A DNA stretch of 64,000 nucleotides from Squalus acanthias (taxonomy: Eukaryota), in NCBI GenBank assembly GCA_030390025.1, contig CM059447.1, positions 2,604,001 to 2,668,000 on the forward strand, read 5' to 3'. The position numbers and the translations under genes are program-made. Each line of letters opens with the position of its first letter. Positions within the stretch are counted from its first letter, which is position 1. The notes beneath the pieces were generated by a model that was given only the letters and a program-made list of their open reading frames with translations, had not been told where the DNA came from and searched no databases. Below are positions 13,666-28,000 of this stretch, one piece after another.

Positions 13666-14865
13666 CGTCTTCTTCATAGGCAGTCCCTCGGAACCGAGGA
13701 TGACTTGCTTCCACATTAAAAATGAGTTCTCAGGTGACTGATGAGTCCAATGCAGGACCTACAGTCTCTGTTACAAGTGGGGCAGACGATGGTTGAAGGG
13801 GCGGGGTGCTTGGGTTGACGTGCGCTCTTTACGCTGTTTACGCTTGCTCCCGGCGAAGAGACTGGAGGTGTTCGGTGCCTTCCCGGATGCTTCTCCTCCA
13901 CTTTGCACGGTCTTGGGCCAGGGATTCCCAGGTGTCGGTGGGGATGTTGCATTTTTTCAAGGCGGCTTTGAGGGTGTCCTTAAAACGTTTCCTCTGCCCA
14001 CCTGGGGCTCTCTTGCCGTGTCGGAGCTCCGAGTAGAGCGCTTGTTTTGGGAGTCTTGTATCGGGCATGCGGACGATGTGGCCCGTCTATCGGAACTGAT
14101 CGAGCGTGGTCAAAGCTTCGATGCTGGGGATGTTGGCCTGAGCGAGAACACTGACGTTGGTGCGCCTATCCTGCCAATGGATTTACAGGATCTTGCAGAG
14201 GCAGCGTTGAGGTTTGAGGTGCCTGCTGTACATGGTCCATGTCTCTGAAGCATACAGCAGGGCAGGTATCACTGCTCTCTGTAGACCATGAGCTGAGTGC
14301 CAGGTTTGAGGTCCTGGTCTTCAAACACTCTCTTCCTCAGGCGACCGAAGGCTTCACTGGCACACTGAAGGCGGTGTTGGACTTAGTCATCGGCGTCTGC
14401 CCTTGTTGACAGTAGGCTCCCGAGGTATGGAAAGTGGTCCACGTTGTCCAAGTTCTCGTCATGGATTTTGATAATCAGGGAGCAGTACTGTGTGGCGGGG
14501 GCAGGTTGGTAGAGAACCTTTGTCTTACAGATGTTTAGTGTAAGGCCCATGCTCTCGTACGCTTCAGTGAAGGTGTTGACGATGGTTTGGAGTTCGACCT
14601 CTGAGTGTGCGCAGACGCAAGCGTCGTCTACATACTGCAATTCAATGACAGAGGATGGGACGACCTTGGATCTGGACTGGAGGCAACAGAGGTTGAACAG
14701 TTTCCCGTTTGTTCTGTAGATTAGCTCCACTCCAGCGGGGAGCTTACTGAGGGTGAGATGGAGCATTGCAGCCAGGAAGATCGAGAAGATCATTGGTGCG
14801 ATGACACAGCCTTGCTTGACCCCGGTCCGTACGTGAATTGGGCCCACGGTGGAACCGTTGCTCAA
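13666..14865 (-). mobile_element. RTE-clade LINE, RT domain to 3' tail (sense part of a 5'-inverted insertion)
   Basis: GVKQGCVIAP, LQYVDD, FPYLGS, RLPKQALYSEL and zinc-finger end; (GAA)-type tail at 13666-13677. Confidence 0.92.
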
Positions 14866-15014
14866 ATCTGGCTTTCAAGTCCCTGGACTTCTCTGGACAT
14901 CAAGACTAAGCTACTCCGTTGGACTACACCGCAAGGCTCAGCTGCTATGACTCTGATCTTCTATTCAGTTGCTTAAGGATATTAGTGTTATTTTGATCTT
15001 GTGAAAGACAACAT

Positions 15015-15581
15015 CATTCATGTCCGAGGCTGGGACCCAGGAGCGAGGACGAGGCCCAGGAGCAGGGGCGGGAGGAGCAGCGAGGACGGGACCCAGGAGC
15101 ATGGTCGAGGTGTGTGTGCTTGGCCGATGTGAGAGAGCCTGGTCTCCAATCGTCTTGGACCCCCTTGCCATTGGACCAAGACCTTGCTCTGTCAAGCCCG
15201 TGTGGTAGCTGGTGTGCAACGGACACCCCACATTAAAAGAATTCATGCACAGGCATCTTCCACCCTTTAAAATGAAGCTCGAGACCTGGAACGTCAGGAC
15301 CCTCATGGACAACCCCAACAGTGCCGAACTGCTATCGTTGCCCGGGAGATCAGACGTTTCGACATAGACATCGCCGCCCTAAGCGCGACCCGGCGGGCAG
15401 GGGAAGGGCAGCTCAACGAACAAGGTGGTGGTTACACCTTCTTCTGGAAAGGCAAACCTGAAGAAGAACGCCGCCTCCATGGGGTAGGCTTCGCCATAAA
15501 AAATGGTTGGACGTCTCAGAGACTCCCCCTTGCGGAATAAACGAACGTCTCATGACTCTTTGGCTCACCCTAACCCGGAAC
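15015..15581 (+). mobile_element. RTE-clade LINE 5' UTR and AP-endonuclease N-terminus, inverted relative to 13666-14865
   Basis: MKLETWNVRTLMD, DIDIAALS.TRRAGEGQL, GGYTFFWKGK, HGVGFAIK, INERLMTL; ends at TSD cagtgtattgggt (15582-15594). Confidence 0.88.
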
Positions 15582-16484
15582 CAGTGTATTGGGTAAAGGT
15601 ATTACAAAGGACCTTTAAAGCACAATTTTAGAAATAACAATGGCAAATGGTGAAAAGTGCTCAAGTATAAACAACACTGGGTGATCAATGGTCGATTTAT
15701 GGGCTTTCTTGCTTTTAAAACCACACAAATCCAAAGACAGACTGTAGATTTATACCATACTGATCACTGTAGACTTCACAAATCTAGACATGCCAATCTT
15801 CAGTTCACAAACCAATCAAGGTTTCTATCTCCTCAAAACAATTCATTGCACTCAGCAGCCTTATCTTGATCACTATGCGCATTATTCAATTGTCCTAAAG
15901 GAATTCAAGGACAAGGCAGAGGAAAAAATTATGCCAGTTGAGAGATTGTCAAGAGGCCGATTTGGTTGGACTTCCCCTCTAAATAAACAACAGTCTCAGG
16001 ATCATAGTTGCCATGTATAACCAAGGCTGAACAAGCAGCTTGATGCAGATAAACTGGATGCACAGTCATAACATTGTTCATTAAACTCTCACTGGTCCAC
16101 TGGATTTCCCACAACCCAAGTTGTGACGGCACTGACAGCTGCGCCAGTCAAAAAATTAAAAAACTAGGTAATTTTAGGTTATAAGAATTAAGAATGGGAC
16201 AGACGTGTTGTACAACCGCCCAACGCTCATGGAACACCTGCGGAAAGAACAATGTACTTTCAACAGTTATATAAATATTGTGAAGTTTCAATTATGTTTA
16301 GGATTCAGTGAGAAATTGCACAGGACCTCAACGCCAGAAATTGAAGTAGTTAGGTAAATTGTAAAAAGTTCTATGTTAGGTATAGGCTAGATGGACAGAA
16401 ACGGCTTTGATAAGCTGAGTGACCTTTTCTTACTGTGCTTCTTTAGCCTTGGTTAGACATGGCAAACATTATCCTGCGAATTCC

Positions 16485-16660
16485 GATGCATTCAAAGGGA
16501 ATGCTAGATAAACACACAAGGGAGAAAGGAACAGAAGCTTATGCTGATAGGGTTACATGAAGTAGGATGGGAGGAGGCTCCTGTGGAACATAAACATCGG
16601 CATGGACCAGTTGGGCCGAATAGCCTGTTTTCTGTGCTGTACGTTCTATGTAATTCTATT
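16485..16660 (+). mobile_element. CR1 LINE 3' tail fragment
   Basis: gcattcaaagggaatgctagataaacac...gggccgaatagcctgtttctgtgctgta-like; similar to 50390-50560 and antisense to 5445-5590. Confidence 0.7.
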
Positions 16661-16899
16661 CCACATTTATATTCATCGGTAATATGTAATCAAAATAATT
16701 CCTTTTTAAGCACAAACCAGGGAGAGGCGTATACAGAAACCCTCTCATTGAAAGCAAATTGGTCAACCCCTTTTGGTAGACTAGCTTCAAAGAATCATCT
16801 TTGAAAAACAATATACTTATTTAGAAGCCAAAACAAGTCCAATTATAATAGTGTGTAATCATTAGTTTCCTGGTTCATTAGAAGAATTGTTTCACTTTA

Positions 16900-17184
<285 letters not shown>

Positions 17185-17422
17185 TCAAAGCAACTATACA
17201 TGGAAAAAATCATCAAAGCTATTGCTAAGAATTTATACATGGTTTATGCTAGCTTTTGTTAACTCAGGTGAATCCATTTTGTACTCCTAAGCCCAGAAAC
17301 AACAGCCACTTAGATTTATATAGCGCCTTTATCGTAGAGAAACATCTCAGTGAAATGCATAATTTAAAAGTTGGAATTTAAGTTCTCAACTTTATGGGAC
17401 TTCACTTGAAATTCTGAGCCAA

Positions 17423-17835
17423 GTGTCGGCACTCTCACCACCAAGTCAGAAGGTTATGGTTTAAGTCCTACTCTGGAGACTTGTTCACATAAGCTAGACC
17501 GGACACCAGTGCAGCACTGTCGAAGGTGCCGTCTTTCGGATGAGACGTTAAACCGAGGTCCCGTCTGCCCTCTCACGTGGATGTAAAAGATCCCGTGGCA
17601 CTATTCAAAGAAGAGCAGTGGAGTCCTCCCCGGTGTCCTGACCAATATTTATCCCACAACCAACATCACTAAAACAGATTATTTGGTCATTATCTCATTG
17701 CTGTTAGTGGGACCTTGCCATGTGCAAATTGGCTGCTGTGTTTCCCTACATTACAACAATGCTTCATTGGCTGTGAAGCGCTTTGGGGCGTCCTATGGTC
17801 ATGAAAAGCCCGATATAAATGCAAGTCTTTTCTTT
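17423..17835 (+). mobile_element. Deu-domain SINE (SacSINE1/AmnSINE1-related, tRNA-derived)
   Basis: Deu core ggtgccgtctttcggatgagacgttaaaccgaggtccc...aagatcccgtggcact; tail atataaatgcaagtc. The A-box region is truncated. Confidence 0.82.
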
Positions 17836-18211
17836 TGTACTGTTGCTGCATCATAGCTGTAGAGGATTGTGCAGATATAACTAATACCCATAGCGGAGTA
17901 GGATGATTTTCAAACTTGGGCCAATAAGAATAACCGCAAACACCCTGCAGATGTGGTTATACTGGGCGTGAACCCAAAAGAAGCAGTTATATAAAATAGT
18001 GGATTATTTAGTGAATAGAAGGAAGCTCACTTGATGTTCAGGTCAAATGTCGCTTTTTTCTTGCCCCGTAGCATAGCTGATGTGAATTCCATTTATAGAG
18101 AAATATCAGGATTCTATTGCGTTGAATTAATAAGTAAGGACCAAAGTACATTTAGGTTTTAAAGGATTTGTTTTTGTACAGAGAATCAAAGGATTCTGGC
18201 TTTTTTAGGGC

Positions 18212-18838
18212 CACATTGCTAGAAAGAGGATTGATGAAATTATCGAAACAATAAATGGAGAGAAATATGAGTCGGTGGGCTATTCCCGGAACTGCACTTA
18301 GCACAAGCTCCCACACACCACTCAAACCATCTTCCAAGGAGGGGATGTAAGCTAGCAGTGACCTGCCCAAAACCAGGCAGGTACAGTGACTGCATCAAAG
18401 AGGACCAGTAGAATTCCCCCGTTCTATCCCTGCCCTTCTGACTAACTTCATAACAACAACAACTTGTATTTATATAGCGCCTTTAACGTAGTAAAACATC
18501 CCAAGGCGCTGCACAGGAATATTTTAAGACAAAAAAAAAATTTGACACCGATCCACAAAAGGATATATTAGGGCAAGTAACCAAAAGCTTGGTCAAAGAG
18601 GTAGGTTTTAAGGAGCGTCTTAAAGGAGGAAAGAGAGTTAGCGAGGCGGACAGGTTTAGGGAGGGAATTCCAGAGCTTAGGGCCTCAAACACACATGCTC
18701 CCAGTGCCAATGAGCCTTGCGAAGAAACTAATCTATCATGTACTCCTCCTGTGGGAACCATGCAACCAAGCTGTACAATTTCACAAAAATATGCAGCTGA
18801 AAATCAAAAGTAGTCCCGGTTAAATCACATTAGCCCAG
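18212..18838. repeat. Left arm of an ~400-bp inverted repeat (interrupted by L2 at 18451-18684)
   Basis: Reverse complement aligns with 20657-21051, including exact blocks of 24, 23 and 20 nt. Confidence 0.9.
18451..18684 (-). mobile_element. L2-clade LINE 3' fragment
   Basis: aacaacaacttgtatttatatagcgcctttaacgtagtaaaac...gagggaattccagagcttagggcc; near-identical to 35425-35690. Confidence 0.85.
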
Positions 18839-19011
18839 CTTAATTTCAATTAAAAAAGGCTTTAAAAAACAAACCTATGCACTTTCTGGCCTACAATGTA
18901 ATCTGTCAAAGTAGGATTAAACACTACTCTCTTCATACATCGTACATCAATACAGCAGAATATCAGAAGTCATTTGTTTGGAAAACTCATATCAGAGCTG
19001 TTTATAGCAAC

Positions 19012-19152
19012 GTGTGGGAGTACCTTCACCACACAGACTGCAGCGGTTCAAGGCGGCGGCTCACCACCACCTTCTCAAGGGCAATTAGGGATGGGCAATA
19101 AGTGCTGGCCTTGCCAGCGACGCCCACATCCCATAAGCGAATAAAAAAAAAA
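19012..19152 (+). mobile_element. CR1-group LINE 3' tail (same family as 7449-8832)
   Basis: gactgcagcggttcaaggcggcggctcaccaccaccttctcaagggcaattagggatgggcaataa followed by an A-rich end. Confidence 0.8.
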
Positions 19153-19338
19153 TCTTCAAAGGTTTCTCTTCCTTCCTTAAGCCAAGATGGAGAATTTATC
19201 ACTGTCACACACGTTGAAGCACTGATTCAGTGCTGCAAGTTCACATTTTTCGAAGTGAACATTTCTGACATCCACTTCCTCAACAAGGCTGCATTTCCCA
19301 CGGTGTAGTACAAGAACAAAAACAAAAATAGCAGCTTA

Positions 19339-19620
<282 letters not shown>

Positions 19621-20656
19621 TTAAATATATTCAAAGTTTCATTCATCATCCCAGTTGAGAAGTAGACACCATGCTTTAGTATTTACTTAGCTACAGCAGC
19701 CAATTGTGACCATTCTGGATCAAACTGTCAGCTTTTGGGATTCAATATAAGCATGAAGTTCAACCACATAGTTACCCAACACAGATATCTGTGTTACCAA
19801 TTACATGCATCATTAAATGCATCCGAATATTTAAACACAATGTGGTACAAAAAATAATGAGTTAGGCTCAGATAATGAGAGGTTTCCCCGTCAGTTAAGC
19901 TTATCTAACCAAGCAGATGTAACGGTGTTCTAATACTGACTGACAGACAGATCTTCATTCCAATGAGGTTTCCTTTGGATCTTTCCCTGATGTGTAAAGT
20001 TACAACGCCCCTATAAGTCTGTGTTAAAATCGACCACACTCGTCAAATATCATCTGATCTTGTCAAAAGCCTATTTAAAATATATTTCTGAAATGCAATA
20101 AATTGAATTTAGCAAACTTTGACATTACTTATTTTTTCTGCTGCTCTCACCCCGGGACCCGTCACTCCACATTAAGTAGAGGGGGTGGGGAAAACCCAAG
20201 CTGAAAGGTTTATTTAAGGTTAAATGGCAGCCCTGACACAGTTCCCATAAATAGCATCAGCCTGCCTACAAAGATTTCAAACAACATCAATTAAGCAAAA
20301 AATTCGCTGGGAAACTTATTGTGAGGGTAATGCAAAGTAACAATTTCAAGATCTCACTCTGTGGTTTGTTTATTCACAAAGCGAAGTTTAATAAGGGCAC
20401 CCAGTGTCTCAAGGTGCAAACTTTCCAGAAGGGTCACTAGATAGTGGTCAGGAAGGGGAACCTTGGACAATACACCCCCCGCCCCCCCTGCAGGTGCTGA
20501 GGCCAAAATACTTCATTGGTTGCAAAGCGCTTTGGGACGTCCTGAGGTTGTGAAAGGCGCTATATAAATGCAAGTTTTTTTAAATTATAAAGTCCTGTCT
20601 GCTGAGATCAATTAAGTCAACGAAGGCCAGGAATTACACCTGGGACATCCGTCAGT

Positions 20657-21051
20657 CTGCGCTAATGTGACTTGGCCACGACTACTTTTGATTTGATTTT
20701 CAGATGCATTTTTTTATTAAATTGCACAGCTAGGTTGCATGGTGCCTGCATGAGGAGTACATGATAGATTACTTTCTTGGCAAGGCTCATACTGGGACTG
20801 GAAGCATGTGTGTTTGAGGGTTGAAGTTAATCTGAAGGGCAGGGATGGAACAGGGGAATTTTACCCAGTGACTCATCCTGTTTGATGTAGTCACTGTGCC
20901 TCCTGGTTTTGGGCAGGTCACTGCTCGCCTACATCCTGTGAGTGGGAGTTTATGTTAAGTGCAGCTCCAGGAATAGCCCACAGACTGGTATGTTTCTATT
21001 AATTTGTTGTTGTTATCTAGATAATTTCATCAATCCTCTTTCCAGCGAAGT
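20657..21051. repeat. Right arm of the ~400-bp inverted repeat
   Basis: Reverse complement of 18212-18450 plus 18685-18838. Confidence 0.9.
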
Positions 21052-21410
21052 GTCAGCTTGGCTCAGTTGGTAAGGGGGCTTCAGCACATGATCTAGACTG
21101 AAACTCTAGTGGAGTACAGAGGGAGCAATGCATTTTCAAAGGTGATGCCCAAGATTAAACTGTGATCCTGTCGACAGTAAAGATCCCAGAGCACTATTCC
21201 AAGAGGAGTAGGCAGTTCTCCCTGTGCCCTGGCCAACATTCCTCCCTCCAAAGAAAACACATTTACTGGCCATTCACATCACTGCTGATTGAGGGACACT
21301 GCTGATGTAGAATGGCCTTTGCCCAGATAACAGTCACAATACTCAATTGTAGGAAACACTCAGACTTCAACATTAATAAGACATTAAATAAATCCAAGCA
21401 TTTTCTGTTC
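21050..21410 (+). mobile_element. Degenerate Deu-domain SINE
   Basis: 5' head gtgtcagcttggctcagttggta; core aaagatcccagagcactattccaagaggagtaggcagttctccc...cctggccaacatt. Confidence 0.7.
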
Positions 21411-22254
21411 TTTTCTTAGTACTACACCAGGAGGTGTCTTTACACCCAGGCCATCGGAAAGCTAGAATTTTATATTGAAATACATCTGCATCATTAAACA
21501 TTAGCACAAACGCGTCGAACTGCACCCGTGGTGCATTCTAAATACGTGATAACTATTTTTGTTGTAACAGATATTTCACTTTTTTCCTCAGCATAACCTA
21601 AAGTCGAAAGCGCCTTCTTTTTAATTTGTGAAACTGCAAGATCAATATCTTGAAATGGAGACATCCCAACATTTTCGCATAGAAGACAGAAGATGGAGAA
21701 AACTAGCAGCCAATATCATTCAGTTGAACATGGTGCAATCATCGGTTTTGAGACTATTGTATTAATGCCCCTCTCTTCCCTGAGGCCACTAATTCCAGCC
21801 TTGGAACTAATGACTACAATACAGTCAGAACACATAACCTTTTCTCTCAACTTGATGAAATAGTGATACGAATATAGGGATGAGCCTAACCAATCACTCC
21901 CAGCTTGAGCTATTCCATACCAGGTTGCTGAAAGTCATGTTGAATATTACTTTAGTGGCTCAATTACTTTTTTAGTGCAGCAAGCAGATATTGAAATTGG
22001 CATGGAAGTGATCATATTCACACAAAATGAATACATAAAAGAGGACATTTCACTGGTGAGCTTTTCACTTGACAATATGTTCTGACATTCATAATACAAG
22101 CCCAGCTTTATGGACAGACGTAACAATCAGAAAAGCTAAATACTAATTCTTAAGTTTTTGTTGTTGGTATTTGATTTTTGTTGCACTGTTTATAATTTTT
22201 TGGAATCTCAGATAAAAAGCAACCCTTCTGAAGATAATGCAAGGATCACAGAGC

Positions 22255-22680
22255 TCTCCCGAATGCTTAGAAGGTAACTGCATCACCCCGAGCACTACTG
22301 AGCCGTACAGATTAGGATGGTCCTGAGTGAGCTGATCTCAACCAGCAGCAGCAGTGTTACAACTGCACTCAGTGACCTCGGGCTAGATGCCTATCCAGGG
22401 TGAACAAGATCCGGCTCAGCTGTGATCCCCCACCTCGCCTCAGTTTGCCGACACTCACTGGAGAGAGTGAGAAAGGCGAGTGCGAAAAGACAACTTTTTG
22501 AAGTGCAGCACTGTTAGGCAGGCAAACACAGCAGCCAGTTTGTGCGCAGCACATCCCACAAACAATGGTCAGATAATCGGCATAAGCTCACAAGTGGCTG
22601 CTTGACTGAGGTAGCAGAGGACTCCTTGAACCTGAGGAATCATAGTGGCACGAGTTAGTACCTTCACAGGAGATGGGGAG
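22255..22680 (+). mobile_element. Old tRNA-derived SINE-like repeat with an internal Deu-SINE fragment (~22500-22580, minus)
   Basis: gagtgagctgatctcaacc...gatccggctcagctgtgatccc...gccgacactcactg; internal ttttgaagtgcag...gcagccagtttgtgcgcagc matches the Deu-SINE 3' part. Confidence 0.5.
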
Positions 22681-23028
22681 AAAACTGGGATTACAAAAGA
22701 TGCTAAGTTCACGGTTGAAATTCTAACAGTCCTGTTAGAACAAGAGATATATTCAATCTCAAAATTGTAGACAACTCACAGAATTTTACACCACAACTTC
22801 ACTAAAGGAATACATTATTTACCCCAATTAAGTCTCCCATAACCAATTTAGGTCGGGTATTCATTCAAAGGTCAACTTCATTAATTCAAAGCACAACCTC
22901 CAATAGATATGTGCGTGGTGGTTTCAAATATCACCATCAATAATTGGAGCATCACAATAAATCTTAATTTAAAATAAACAGGGTCCATGGATGAACCCAA
23001 AATAATGGGCAATGGACAGACACAACTA

Positions 23029-23247
<219 letters not shown>

Positions 23248-24821
23248 TCACTAGAAAACTAGTGCATAACGTGGTATTCATCGTGTGTTGATTTAGAGCG
23301 AAAATTTCAAAACATTATTCAAGACTCAAAACCAAAAGAAAAGACATTACTCCAGCTGATCTGCAGTTTAATTTGCATCAAATTTAGCTTCCCATCTCAT
23401 GTCTCACTGATTCCGTTTTAAAAAGAGAAAATATCTTCCTGAACTTCTGATTATTTACATACTCCCACAGGAACAGTAAACTAATTTACAACACACTCAA
23501 TGTAGTGTTATAGCTGTGACCCCAAATCAATGTGTGTGACTTCTAACTCAAAGCCCATAGCGGAATGTACTTCATAACTTAGTAACATAAAAGCATCAAG
23601 CACAGTTTATGCATGTGTCACTTAAGTGAAGTAGTAAAATCTGAACAATGGAAACAGGCAACTGCACAACCTATAAACCTGAGCAATGTTTAAACCCTTC
23701 ACTCCCGTGAAAAGATATTCCAGTGTAAATCATATTCTTCAAACGCAGCTAAAATGCAATTACCGCTGTTTCTGCAAACATTGCTTAACTTTTGCGTTAT
23801 GTACATTTGTGGAATTTGCAGACACAGTGATGTCTCCTGATAGTCAGGCTCCGATAGGGAGCACAGAATACACCCGAAGATTAATTAAAGTGAACAGTTT
23901 GTAATTATACCGTGTCTTTAATATGGTAAATGTCCCAAGGTACTTGACAGTGATGGAATGGATGCAGAACAGCAGTAAAATTAGACGTGCTGACTGAAAG
24001 TGTGGTCGAAGAGATAGGTTTTGATGAGGCTTAGGAAGATTATCGAGATGATACATTCATGACCAGATACAACAGTGTCAACAAATTAACCCAATGCTTA
24101 GATTTCATGTAGAATAGTCATGGGGATTCAGAACGAGTTATTGTTAAATTACAGGGTATGGCAGATTCATTTAAAAAAAGTGACATCAGAATGAAGTAAT
24201 ATAGCATAATATACTAAGGAACAGTGAAAGCAAATCCTTTTGCAATGAAAGTTGCTAGATAAAATGTCACAGTTAATTGTTTCTGCAAAGCTGCGTCTGT
24301 ACGAGAACTGCATGCTTAGATTGAGCTGTGCACACTTGTATGTGATGAAAGGTTTATGCAAAGCGCGTACTTCATTAATTTCCACCTTCAGATATTAATC
24401 CAGTGCGGTCAAATAAAGTTAGTACCTCATTTGTACTCTACTGTACTCCTTAGGCAGCAGCTGTTAATTCAACACGTCCCACTTTTATTGGCAACCATTT
24501 TAGAACTGCCACTATTCCCCTCTCTTTAAAACGAGCAAAATAACAGTCCAGTCCAGAGCATTTGTCACAGTCAGTAATCTTATTAAAAATCCAAGAGTGC
24601 CAATCATTGTGAGGAAGGCGTAATAACATCAGTGGAGAGGCAAACATAAAGACAGTTTGTGCAAGCTAATTCAGTTCCCTCAGTCAGGCACAGCAGCTCT
24701 AAGTAATTGCAAGTTAGATTTTTAAATGGGGGTACTGATGGAGGAACCCCTTCTGACACATCACCAGTAACTAATTTAATCGAGTCAAATACCAAGAAAA
24801 CGTGGAAAACCCAAATACCTA

Positions 24822-25031
<210 letters not shown>

Positions 25032-28000
25032 TTATAAGGAAAGAACCATTTCATTTCTGGCTTTCTGCTTTTATATACTTTTCTCCCCATTTTAAATCTA
25101 CCTTCACAACACATTCACCGGCCCAAACAGGCGGAGGTTATTATGCTTGGAGCTTTGAGCCGAATGACATGATCGTACTGAGCAGGGAAACAGACCATGG
25201 AGACAATGGGAGAGGATCAGAATGAGATAATGAAACTCTCCGATACTTGGCCATTGTGATGACGAGTAGGGGAACAATTAAAACCCTTTTCACAGAAAAG
25301 CAGATGAGACTTAACTTGCGAACAATGCGGTCATAACATTTAGAATGTTGAAACACATTCAGAGCTGCTGATATTCAAGATTCAATTTCAAAATCTGTTT
25401 TTTTTTTGTTGCTACATTTACTTTGAGGCATAAATTTTATTAAAATAACAAATGCTTCAAAGAAAAATACGGAAAAATGTACATTCTGCTGAGTGGGTTT
25501 CAATTAACTTAACTACCAGCAGGAAAAATAGACAGAGTGTCACTTTGGGAACTGGTGCGACTCTTCTAACTGGCATAGATCAAAAATACTTTCCATTGAG
25601 AATCCTGAACTAGTCAGTACTTTTTAAAACACTATCAAAAGGAGGTATTAATACTGCAGAAGCTCATCTCCCTGTCTATATTAACTTCAGAAATGTTTGA
25701 CAGTAAAGGTGACATTAAAAGAATATGGTGAATGGAGACTGCCACCTTGAATTATCAAGCGTGAAGAAATCCACGGAGCACTAAGTGCCATGCAATCTGG
25801 TAAACGATTCTAATTACAGTGAGGGAGACCAAGAAGCAATATAGTATGGACAGCCATCTTTGGCTGCAAATTTCACATTTTCAAAAAAGGAGCTGTCTCA
25901 GTAGTGATGAGAAGGGCTTTAAGTAACTTCTGTGGAAGTCTGCCAAGATATTGTGATACCTTAGCCAGAGAAAAGTCATGACCCATTTAATCACCTTTGC
26001 AGTCTCCAGCCGTGCAACCTAAAGGCCACGTGGGGGGAGTGGGTGATCACAAGCATCTCCAAAGCTAATGCTATTCGGTGGTCAGTAGTGAGTAGTAATA
26101 CACGGAAATGGTGCAACTAATTTTACCCGCTTCCCACCAGTTTGTCACTGCTCTGTGCGTTTCTCGAAGACTTAGCAAGTACCAGCCTCTATGAGAAGCT
26201 CAAGTACAAACAGCAGCACAGACTGGATTTGAACGTGGGTGCTCTCGTATCACATCAGCAAAAATGCTTTGGAATATTCAAACTAAATTACACCAGGTGA
26301 TTATGCTCCCGTGAATTAATCTTGAGCAATGCAAAACAATGTATATTTGGAGTCAACAGGAACATAAATGATTTGGATGATCAGAACGGAGAAAGACTTT
26401 ACGTTCTAAAGTATCTCAAGTTCAAAGTCCATGCGTGAAATTTCACGGACAGTCAGAGAATGCAGATGGAAGTCTCAAACATTTTAAAAATGCAACTATA
26501 AATTTTTAATGCTTTTTCAAAACTCTTTCCGCTCTACTTATTGGTGAAGTCTTTTATGACACTATAGCGGCAAGTACATAACTACAATAAATTTTTCAGC
26601 AGTTCAGTTCCATTAAAGATTTCCTGAAAGTGAGTTTCCCATTTGGAAATAAGAAAATGAGACAGCAAACACTATCTCACGGTCTGACGAGTTCAGTAAA
26701 TTAAGACAATGGTAATCCATAACAGATTTACCAACATGTTTACATTCCATCACAGAATCCACTGACAATGCTCATTATAAAATCACAGCCTTTTTGCTAC
26801 TGCTGAATTTGTAATGCGCAGCAGTATTGTCAATAGTGTATTTGAAAAAAAAACGTATCCCGGTGATATACAAATGTGGCATACAAAAAGTGATATTATG
26901 GTTGCAAAAATGCATTCTATGACCTCAAGGAGGCCTCTCAACTGCTAAATAACTGGGGGAAGGGAAAAAGAGAGAAGATCACAAGACTGAATGAAGGCCT
27001 TTCAAGCCCATTTGATCTCATTCTACCAGAATACCAACTATTTTTTTCTTCCAATCAAGCACAGGCTAGGTGCCTGATCAGAGTGGAGAAATAAACAGGT
27101 ATCCAGGTCACTCAGGACTGTTCTCTTACTGGCCAGTTACAGAGCAACATTGGTAGATGCATAGAGCAGGTTGTTTCCCTGCCTTCCTTCATAATTGGAG
27201 GAACAGTTGTGCACGTGTTTGGGGGGGAGGAGGAGGAGGAGAACTGCAGAGGGGGGAAAAGTAGCTCAAGAAGAGCAGATGCCTAACCCATCCTTCCTTC
27301 CTACACCCCCTCAGCTCAGAGAAGGAAAAATGTTTGCAAGTCCCTGTCACACATAGGGCTTGCAAGCCAGAAATCCCTGTTTACCCAACAGATGGTCAGG
27401 AAGTAAAGTTTGGCAAAAATTAGTTTTACCAATTTCACAAAGACGACATTCTTGGACTTGTTCTATCAGTACAGAAACTGGCACATGAACACCATCCACT
27501 TTTGAGAACGTTGCAAATAAATCTTTGTTGAGAAACTCCTGGCAGATCGCACATCTGGCAACAAATTCAAATGCATTCAACACCAACGTTCACATAATGG
27601 TTGTACCTTGTCTGCCCAAGCCCTTTAGGAGGAGTTTTCTATCTTTTAAACTTGAGTTTAAAAGGCATTGGTGCACGATTATCACTGGAATACTCAATGT
27701 TATCAGACAGCAGGAACCATTTATTCTAGCCATTTTCTTTTTTTTAAATCTAAAAACAGTTATTGAGATACTACATAAAAGGGGTGATTGCATAGCCAAG
27801 CTGTTTGGAGAGACTATTCTAAAACAGAAGCCCCCTGGCAATGTTAGCAGGGATTAGGTCAATAAAATTTGTTTTATAAAAAAAACCTAATTGTTAATTT
27901 CAAAAGGAAATCAAACAGACTGTTGTTCAGGCAAGTTCCGGACATTGTACATTGAAGTTAATGAATTCAACTGTAGCTTCTTATAAGGAAGGCTCTAAGG

